A stretch of 64,000 nucleotides of DNA, taken from NCBI GenBank assembly GCA_010015805.1, contig ML978134.1, positions 558,001-622,000 on the forward strand, in the 5' to 3' direction. This stretch comes from Rhizodiscina lignyota. Its lineage: Eukaryota. The stretch's first letter is position 1. Each line of letters opens with the position of its first letter. Of this stretch, positions 63,099 through 64,000 are shown piece after piece. The notes beneath the pieces are model-generated. The model was not told the origin of the DNA and did no database searches. It saw only the letters and a list, made by a program, of their open reading frames with translations. Both the position numbers and the translations under genes were made by a program.

Positions 63099-64000
63099 TC
63101 ACATGAAGTAACCGCCATTTGGTTTCTCAGCCAGTATAGGCTCTACACCTGGCTGGACCGAACCCCATGGCCCTTTTGTCAGCTCCCATTCATGATCTGT
63201 CAGCCCAAGGTGTGCCCACTTATTGTGTGCGGCCTCTTGATATTGTAAGTGTACGCAGTGGTCAGTGCAAGCCACATGGGCAGCTTCAAGAAATTGTCTG
63301 AACTTGTTTGCAATCCATTCTCCATGCATATGCTGTTCGAAGGCTGTGTACAGCTCGTCGAAGCCAGGACGAATGGTCAGAGCACCATGAAGCTGTCGCC
63401 AGCATCGTTCCATGCTTGCATCATATTTTTCCGGCACCATCGCTTGAGGCAGTTGAAAACAGAATAAATGGACAAGTGATAGGTCCCGAGCCGTCCACTG
63501 GTTCCTGAAGCTCAGGGCGAGGTGCAGAGAGAGGTATCGAACTATGTCCAAGAATAGCTCAGTTGCCTTCATAGAATAGTCGACTTGGAAAGTAATATCT
63601 GAGCCTTGCACGATTGAGAGCAGCCCATAAACCTTGTCTCGTGGATCACTGCATTTGTTAGCATGGAACTGGAGGAGAGCCGTGCGTAGTGGGCTCCTCG
63701 TGCGTGTCGTCGCATATGTGATCAGGTAGTTCACGTGCTTGGGTAAAGGAATTGTCCCAAATGTCCACCGGCGTATTAAGTCAAGATATTCCCAAGGCAT
63801 ATGTATATCGCCGCCATAAACAACAATCTTTGCCGCCAAGAGCAGCTCTTGAACAATCCATAAACGTTCCCAGTAGTCGATGGCAAAGAAACGCTGGACC
63901 GCCGGTTGTATATTGCTCCAGTCGGAAGGGCTCTCGAGTGATCCATACATGCCAGACGGATTATAGGTACCTCGAGAGTGTTTCACCAGATACCGCATGG
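63099..64000 (-). CDS. HET-domain (het-6-like) protein, 3' part
   Basis: YWERLWIVQELLLA, CSDPRDKVYGLLSI and VDYS motifs. Truncated by the window end. Confidence 0.8.
   Translation of the reverse strand, partial: MRYLVKHSRGTYNPSGMYGSLESPSDWSNIQPAVQRFFAIDYWERLWIVQELLLAAKIVVYGGDIHMPWEYLDLIRRWTFGTIPLPKHVNYLITYATTRTRSPLRTALLQFHANKCSDPRDKVYGLLSIVQGSDITFQVDYSMKATELFLDIVRYLSLHLALSFRNQWTARDLSLVHLFCFQLPQAMVPEKYDASMERCWRQLHGALTIRPGFDELYTAFEQHMHGEWIANKFRQFLEAAHVACTDHCVHLQYQEAAHNKWAHLGLTDHEWELTKGPWGSVQPGVEPILAEKPNGGYFM

Noticed and set aside
1..64000. tRNA, rRNA, or intact transposon/Starship genes
   Set aside because: None recognised by eye; tRNAscan-SE and repeat searches would be needed to exclude them.

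Overview
Intron-containing genomic DNA from a filamentous ascomycete (GT-AG introns with CTRAY branch points; Pezizomycotina-type gene content). Most of the window is ordinary housekeeping sequence: an AA12-type dehydrogenase (3' part), an F-box protein, SEC13, PEX20, a mitochondrial carrier, a DUF3824-type protein, a LIM protein, three transporters, EMC5, GPN1/NPA3, an Nrg1/CSP-1-like C2H2 factor, a GPI-anchored wall protein and GDE1. Between GPN1 and the C2H2 gene lies an accessory island (about 35.6-44.1 kb). It holds a compact candidate fungal RiPP cluster that the ORF track shows only in fragments. The cluster has two multi-exon UstYa/DUF3328 oxidases and a third twin-HxxHC protein around an unannotated 54-aa secreted precursor whose single predicted mature peptide is ARCFVGICGGSSNFSDRK. 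Next to it is a HET-NACHT-ankyrin NLR with RIP-like mutations and a premature stop. Other notable items are a PrpF-MmgE/PrpD fusion enzyme, an array of calcineurin-docking-like PxIxI motifs in the LIM protein, and a membrane-protein gene with a nonsense codon. All gene models were spliced by eye and all family calls come from motif recognition, not database searches.
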